From: Deltaproteobacteria bacterium CG11_big_fil_rev_8_21_14_0_20_42_23
Lineage (GTDB): Bacteria; UBA10199; 2-02-FULL-44-16
Assembly (NCBI GenBank): GCA_002796345.1
Contig: PCXC01000067.1
Coordinates: 1-19,866 of the forward strand
Length of the DNA stretch: 19,866 nt
Reading direction: 5' to 3'
A program made the position numbers and the translations under genes. The notes below the pieces were generated by a model that was not told where the DNA came from, did not search any database, and was given only the letters and a program-made list of their open reading frames with translations. Positions 15,317 through 19,866 of this stretch are shown here, one piece after another (the stretch's first letter is position 1; each line of letters opens with the position of its first letter).

Positions 15317-17272
15317 CTAAGTGCTTTTAATCTTTTTGGCCATAAGGTCTAGACTCCCCGGATTTTCCACCGAGGCAAGGCTCCCTAGCTCTTCACCCAT
15401 ATAGACCCTTCGAAGAAGGCCTCGGACAATTTTCCCAGATCTCGTCTTTGGGAGTTCAGACACCACAATAACGGCTTCCGGCCGAAGTGTTTTTCCCAAT
15501 GCTTTCACAACGGCTTCGGAGAATTCGCCGGTTCTTTTTTCGGCTTCTCCATCATCACTTTTTGGAACGACAAAGCACACGACAGCTTCGCCTTTTATTT
15601 CGTGCGGCACTCCAATAGCTGCAGCCTCCAAAAGCAACGGATGCTCCAACAATGCGGCTTCAATCTCGCCAGGCCCAGTTCTTTTTCCCGCAACTTTTAA
15701 GGTGTCGTCGCTGCGACCATGCAAAAACCAAAAGCCCTCTTCATCTCTGCTTACATAATCGCCATGGTACCAAACGCCAGGAAACTTTGAAAAGTAAGTA
15801 TCGAGATAACGTTGTTTGTCACCCAGAAAACCTTTGGTCATCGATGGAAGCGGCTGCTTGCACACCAAGTGTCCAACTGCATTCGTGCCCAGCGAATTTC
15901 CGTCGTCATCAACAATGTCAAGGTCTACACCAAGGCCAGGGCCGCGAAGCGAGCAGGTTTTAAGTGGAGTAATGGGCAAAGGCGAAAGCAAGCAACCGAT
16001 AATTTCGGTGCCTCCGGAAATATTGATAATGGGACAACGTTTTTTTCCCACTTGTTCAAAAAGCCAAGTGTACGATTCAGCGTCCCAAAGTTCCCCCGTT
16101 GATCCAAAAAGCTCCAAGCCGCTCAGGTTATAGTTTTGCGGACCATATTCCTTTTCACGCATCAGCAGTCTGATAGCCGTTGGCGAAATACCCAGCGTTC
16201 TTACCTTGTGTTCCTCCAGCAATTGCCACACCCTTCCCGCATGTGGAAAATCGGGAGCACCTTCATACAAAAGCACAGAGGCACGAAAGAGAGTAGTGCC
16301 AATCATTTCCCACGGGCCCATCATCCAACCAATATCGGTGAACCAAAAAAAAGTATCGCCAGCTTTCACATCGAAAGCATACGCCAGCTCTTTTCCGATG
16401 GTGGCCAAACATCCAGCATGAGTATGCACGCAACCTTTTGGCTTTCCTGTTGTGCCCGAAGTGTAGAGAATTAAACAAGGGGCTTCGGCATCAAGTTCTT
16501 CGGTTTTGCATTCGGTGGAAGCGGAGATCTTGAAGTCTTGCCACCACACATCACGGCTAGCATCCATAAACACATCGTTTCCTGCATGCTTCACTACAAT
16601 TACTTTTTCCACACTTGGTGATTGCTGCAAAGCTTGATTCACACTGGTTTTAAGCGGAAACACTTTTCCTCTGCGCCTTCCACCGTCGGCAGTAATAAGC
16701 ACTTTTACGTTTGCATCATTGAGCCTTACCGAAAGTGCATCGGCGCCAAACGCGCTAAACACGGGCACTGCAAGAGCGCCAAGTTTGAAGCATGCAAAAA
16801 GTGCAAACATCACTTCTGGAATCATCGGCATATACAAAGCAACAGCATCGCCTTTTTTTACGCCGCACGATTTCAACATATTGGCGCAAACACAGACTTC
16901 ATCGTTAAAAGCTTGATAGGTGTAGTTGCGTTTTGATCCATTTTCATTTTCCCATCTTATTGCAATTTCATCTGCATGAACGGGAAGATGTTGATCGATG
17001 CAGTTGAGCACGAGATTTGTTTTTCCGCCTTCAAACCACTTGCTCCACTCAATCCCTTCACTTGTGTTGAGCACATTTTTGTACTGCTGATACCACTTGA
17101 TTTGCAGGTCTTCCATCACCGCGTTCCAAAATCGCGGCAAATCCTCAACTGACCACGCCTGCAAGGCTTCGTACGATGAGACGTTCGCCTTTTTCATCAA
17201 GCGTGTAACATTAGCTTCATCAACTAATGATTGTGTAGGTTTCCAAATAATAGGCTGAGACATTGGCTGCAC
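15317..17272 (-). CDS. prpE: AMP-forming acyl-CoA synthetase of the Acs/PrpE type. Its position in the prp cluster favours propionate-CoA ligase.
   Basis: AMP-binding motif YTSGTTGKPKG, C-terminal PKTRSGKIVR with the catalytic Lys. 651 aa. Directly downstream of prpC and prpB. Confidence 0.85.
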   Translation of the reverse strand: MQPMSQPIIWKPTQSLVDEANVTRLMKKANVSSYEALQAWSVEDLPRFWNAVMEDLQIKWYQQYKNVLNTSEGIEWSKWFEGGKTNLVLNCIDQHLPVHADEIAIRWENENGSKRNYTYQAFNDEVCVCANMLKSCGVKKGDAVALYMPMIPEVMFALFACFKLGALAVPVFSAFGADALSVRLNDANVKVLITADGGRRRGKVFPLKTSVNQALQQSPSVEKVIVVKHAGNDVFMDASRDVWWQDFKISASTECKTEELDAEAPCLILYTSGTTGKPKGCVHTHAGCLATIGKELAYAFDVKAGDTFFWFTDIGWMMGPWEMIGTTLFRASVLLYEGAPDFPHAGRVWQLLEEHKVRTLGISPTAIRLLMREKEYGPQNYNLSGLELFGSTGELWDAESYTWLFEQVGKKRCPIINISGGTEIIGCLLSPLPITPLKTCSLRGPGLGVDLDIVDDDGNSLGTNAVGHLVCKQPLPSMTKGFLGDKQRYLDTYFSKFPGVWYHGDYVSRDEEGFWFLHGRSDDTLKVAGKRTGPGEIEAALLEHPLLLEAAAIGVPHEIKGEAVVCFVVPKSDDGEAEKRTGEFSEAVVKALGKTLRPEAVIVVSELPKTRSGKIVRGLLRRVYMGEELGSLASVENPGSLDLMAKKIKST

Positions 17273-17321
17273 CTCTCTAAAAAAACGAAAAACTAATCGG
17301 GAAGCATCGCCTTGTCAAAAG

Positions 17322-17357
17322 ATGAAAAAAGAAAAGGCTCTCGAATGAGAGCCTTGT
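17322..17357 (-). terminator. Intrinsic terminator/attenuator between prpC and prpE.
   Basis: Perfect hairpin AAGGCTCTC-gaat-GAGAGCCTT (17334-17355), followed on the minus strand by TTCTTTTTT. It lies in the 107-bp prpC-prpE spacer. Confidence 0.55.
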
Positions 17358-17379
17358 TCGAAAATGATGTGGAATAAAT

Positions 17380-18516
17380 TTACGCGAGGCCTTTGTACGA
17401 TTTGTATTCTGGTCCTTCGTAAATGCAGCTTGGTCTCAAAAGACGGTTTGCATCGTGCTGTTCGATAATATGTGCGCACCAACCACTCATCCGCGCAACC
17501 GCGAAAATAGGCGTATAGAGCGGAATAGGAATTCCCATTTGGTAATAAATCCAGGCTGAAGGGAAATCGACATTGGGATGAATGCCTTTTTCGCGTACCA
17601 TCACGTCTTCCATTACTTGTGCAATGTCGCGCCACTTGGTGTCGCCTTTTGCTTCGGCATATTGGCTGCCCAATTTTTTCAAGGTTGGAACTCGCGAGTC
17701 ACCATTTTTGTAAACGCGATGTCCAAAGCCCATCAACTTTTCTTTCGTCGCAATTGCTTTTAACACGCGCTCTTCAGCTTGCTTCACATCTTTCACTTGC
17801 AACAATACTTTCATTGCTTCTTCGTTCGCGCCACCATGCAGTGGGCCTTTAAGTGCCGCCACAGCACCAGTTACGCAGCCGTAAATATCTGACAATGTTG
17901 AAGCAATCACACGCGCAGAGAAGGTGGACGCATTAAAACCATGCTCGGCGTAAAGAATGAGAGACGCGTTAAAAAGTTTTTCGGTAAGAGGATCAGGAAC
18001 CTCGCCAAGGCAGGTGTAGAGGAAGTTTGCGGCGATTGACAAATCACTTCTCGCTTCAATAGGTTCTTTGCCTTGAAGCACTCTCCAGCTTGTTGCTACA
18101 ATTTCCGGGGTTGCTCCCAACAAACGTTTTGCTTTTCTGATATTTTCATCGTGTGAGTTGTTGGTAACATCCTCATCGCTTCCAGCAAGAAATGAAATGC
18201 CCGTACGAAGCGCATCCATGGGGTGCGTTTCTTTTGGCATCGCCTTAAACAACGCAATCATGTCTTCATTTAAATGCTCACCAACACCTAAATCTTTGGT
18301 GAAATTTTCTTTCTCTTTTTTGTTGGGAAGATGGCCCACTACCAACAAGTGTGCAACTTCTTCAAAACTAGCTTGGTCGGCAAGTTCAGTAGCATCATAG
18401 CCGCGAAGCGTGAGCACCTGTTTATCAGGATCGACGCGAGAAATTTTTGTGAGACCTGCAACCACACCTTCTAAACCTGGACTGTAATTTGGATGATTTT
18501 TTTCTGCCATGATCAT
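17380..18516 (-). CDS. prpC: 2-methylcitrate synthase / citrate synthase family (PrpC-like).
   Basis: 378 aa with the citrate-synthase catalytic region ...GFGHRVYKNGDSR... and NVDFPSAW. Size and context match PrpC. RBS AAGGAGA. Confidence 0.85.
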   Translation of the reverse strand: MIMAEKNHPNYSPGLEGVVAGLTKISRVDPDKQVLTLRGYDATELADQASFEEVAHLLVVGHLPNKKEKENFTKDLGVGEHLNEDMIALFKAMPKETHPMDALRTGISFLAGSDEDVTNNSHDENIRKAKRLLGATPEIVATSWRVLQGKEPIEARSDLSIAANFLYTCLGEVPDPLTEKLFNASLILYAEHGFNASTFSARVIASTLSDIYGCVTGAVAALKGPLHGGANEEAMKVLLQVKDVKQAEERVLKAIATKEKLMGFGHRVYKNGDSRVPTLKKLGSQYAEAKGDTKWRDIAQVMEDVMVREKGIHPNVDFPSAWIYYQMGIPIPLYTPIFAVARMSGWCAHIIEQHDANRLLRPSCIYEGPEYKSYKGLA

Positions 18517-18557
18517 TCTCCTTCAACTTCTGTGCTCATGTTTTCGAGCCTCTTTAA

Positions 18558-19382
18558 TTATGGAATATATTTAAGTGTTTTGTATAAATCTTCTCTCGTT
18601 TGCATGGTATCCAGAAAGCCTTTTTGGGTTCCGGTAGAGCGAAGCTCTGCAAGGGCTTCCTGCATTGATTTTGCCACTACTCGAAACAAGGTCATGGGGA
18701 AGATAACCATGTTGTATCCCCACTGCTCAAACTGGGAAACGCTGTAATAGGGCGTCTTACCAAACTCCGTCATATTTGCAAGCAATGGAACATCAATCGC
18801 TTTGCGCATCGCCTTGAAATCTTCTTCAGAACGCATAGCCTCTGGGAAAACTGCATCAGCACCAGCTTTCACGTAGGCCTTCGCTCTGGAAACAGCAGCG
18901 TCAAAACCTTCCACTGCAGCGGCATCGGTTCTAGCGATCAGCAAAAAGTCTGCATCAGTCTTTGCCTGCTGCGCGCGATGAATGCGCTCACACATCTCAT
19001 CCACTGAAACCAATTGCTTCCCTTCCAAGTGCCCACATTTTTTTTGGTCCACTTGATCTTCCATGTGCACACCAGCAAGACCCGCTATCTGAAACGACTG
19101 CATCATGCATGCTTCGTCTTCAAAGCCGGTGTCTACATCCGAAATACCCGGAATGCCAACGGCCGCATCAATGCGCCGCGCATGCTCCTGCGCTTCGGCA
19201 CATGTGGTAAGCCCAATATCGGGCCGCGCAAACTCAGCGTTGGCAAGGCCAGCACCAGAAATGTAGTAAGCCTGAAATCCCGCTTGCTCTGCAAGCAGCG
19301 CAGAATAAGCATTGAAGACGCCTGGCATCACAACCGTGCCTTGCTGAAGCAGTTTTCGAAAGTGCTGTGGTTTTGCCTTCAT
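18558..19382 (-). CDS. prpB: Methylisocitrate lyase (PrpB; isocitrate lyase/PEP mutase superfamily).
   Basis: ICL-family signature KKCGH (QKKCGHLEGKQ). The N-terminal ...FRKLLQQGTVVMPGVFNAYSALLAEQAGF aligns with PrpB starts. The start was chosen at ATG 19382; the 44-codon extension back to 19514 is Trp/Cys-rich and unlike protein. Confidence 0.8.
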   Translation of the reverse strand: MKAKPQHFRKLLQQGTVVMPGVFNAYSALLAEQAGFQAYYISGAGLANAEFARPDIGLTTCAEAQEHARRIDAAVGIPGISDVDTGFEDEACMMQSFQIAGLAGVHMEDQVDQKKCGHLEGKQLVSVDEMCERIHRAQQAKTDADFLLIARTDAAAVEGFDAAVSRAKAYVKAGADAVFPEAMRSEEDFKAMRKAIDVPLLANMTEFGKTPYYSVSQFEQWGYNMVIFPMTLFRVVAKSMQEALAELRSTGTQKGFLDTMQTREDLYKTLKYIP

Positions 19383-19479
19383 GGCCCAAGCCTCTAATGA
19401 GCAGCTGTTTGAAAAGCAAGCAAAATTCCAGACGGCGTTATAGACGTAAAGATGCTTCAAGACTTTTAAATGGAGTGAA

Positions 19480-19779
19480 TTATATTTTTTTCCCGGAGGG
19501 CTTTTTGCCAACACTTCCCACTAGACTATACATATCAAGCAACCAAAACTTAGGAAGCATTGCATAGCTTTTAACTACAGCGGGGTCAGCAAGGTCAACA
19601 GCCTTGGGAGAAGAAAGGATATAACCTAAATAAGCATCAAAGTGTATCTGGCTAAAACCCTTTTTCTTTCTTAAACTTTTGAGAAGATCTTCAAAGATTT
19701 TTTCGTTTCCCTGCTTCTGTTTGATGTAGGCTTCAAATACTTCCATCACCAAATCTGCATATGGATGATGATAATACAT
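19480..19779 (-). CDS. Hypothetical protein, ~99 aa, upstream of prpB.
   Basis: Open frame MYYHHPYADLVMEVFEAYIKQ... The ATG at 19779 sits exactly at the inner edge of the right terminal repeat. The in-frame extension MLMEGFSGGT (to 19809) is encoded entirely by repeat sequence. Confidence 0.4.
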   Translation of the reverse strand: MYYHHPYADLVMEVFEAYIKQKQGNEKIFEDLLKSLRKKKGFSQIHFDAYLGYILSSPKAVDLADPAVVKSYAMLPKFWLLDMYSLVGSVGKKPSGKKI

Positions 19780-19862
19780 AGTCCCCCCTGAAAAACCCTC
19801 CATGAGCACATCGAAGTGAGTAATGAGAGTGGTTTACGGTTTGGTGTTGTTGAAAAAAGGGC
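19780..19862. repeat. Right terminal inverted repeat. Perfect 83-bp reverse complement of 1-83.
   Basis: Seen directly. Only the last 4 nt of the window (GTTT) lie outside the repeat. Confidence 0.9.
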
Positions 19863-19866
19863 GTTT

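Noticed and set aside
15652-16478. A run of plus-strand ORFs (15652-15963, 15812-16133, 16136-16474, 16206-16421) and one minus-strand out-of-frame ORF (16263-16478), all inside prpE
   Set aside because: They sit antisense to or out of frame within a long, well-supported acyl-CoA synthetase gene. Their products are low-complexity and Arg/Ser/Pro-rich, typical of spurious shadow ORFs.
19383-19514. Longer prpB start at 19514 (44 extra codons)
   Set aside because: The extension (MLAKSPPGKKYNSLHLKVLKHLYVYNAVWNFACFSNSCSLEAWA) is Trp/Cys-rich and not PrpB-like. It would overlap the upstream gene by 35 nt. Alignment-type reasoning puts the start at ATG 19382.
19780-19809. N-terminal extension MLMEGFSGGT of the last ORF
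   Set aside because: It is encoded entirely by the terminal repeat. The same 83 bp at the left end gives an unrelated short ORF, so the extension is probably not native. The start was placed at ATG 19779.
1-19866. tRNA, rRNA and CRISPR arrays
   Set aside because: No tRNA-like cloverleaf signatures (GTTCGAATCC-type T-loops with matching acceptor stems), no rRNA-like conserved blocks, and no regularly spaced short direct repeats were found by eye.

Overview
Low-GC (about 40%) bacterial chromosomal segment, mostly core metabolism, with several signs of recent rearrangement.

Left to right:
- **Window ends:** a perfect 83-bp inverted repeat occupies both ends (1-83 and 19780-19862). The left copy cuts off a TIGR01777/YfcH-type NAD-dependent epimerase gene after about 110 codons.
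- **IS insertion:** a minus-strand outer-membrane beta-barrel gene is split by an 842-bp GC-rich IS5-family (IS427/IS1031-like) element with a TA target duplication. The element's own transposase carries an in-frame TAG and needs a -1 shift at a T9 run.
- **Frameshifted gene:** a secreted protein gene (2108-2759) has a frameshift near 2345.
- **Kinase fusion:** a 487-aa protein joins an N-terminal XRE-type HTH to an ABC1/UbiB-type atypical kinase domain.
- **Small cassette:** about 490 bp carrying a 90-aa lipoprotein gene sits inside the kinase's 3' end. It is bracketed by a 50-60-bp direct repeat that duplicates the last 16 codons of the kinase.
- **suf operon:** an Rrf2 (IscR-like) regulator precedes a complete sufB-sufC-sufD-sufS-sufU-nfu operon. 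The sufB-sufC spacer is unusually long (88 bp).
- **Structured repeat:** the sufB-sufC spacer holds a roughly 40-nt motif that recurs after the operon's terminator with a compensatory double substitution. The second copy sits in a 150-bp block dense with complementary segments.
- **Downstream genes:** a prohibitin/SPFH protein, a ThrRS-N(TGS)-uridine-kinase fusion, and two hypothetical proteins.
- **Methylcitrate cluster:** prpE-prpC-prpB, with no prpD in the window and an intrinsic terminator between prpC and prpE.

No rRNA, tRNA or CRISPR arrays were found.
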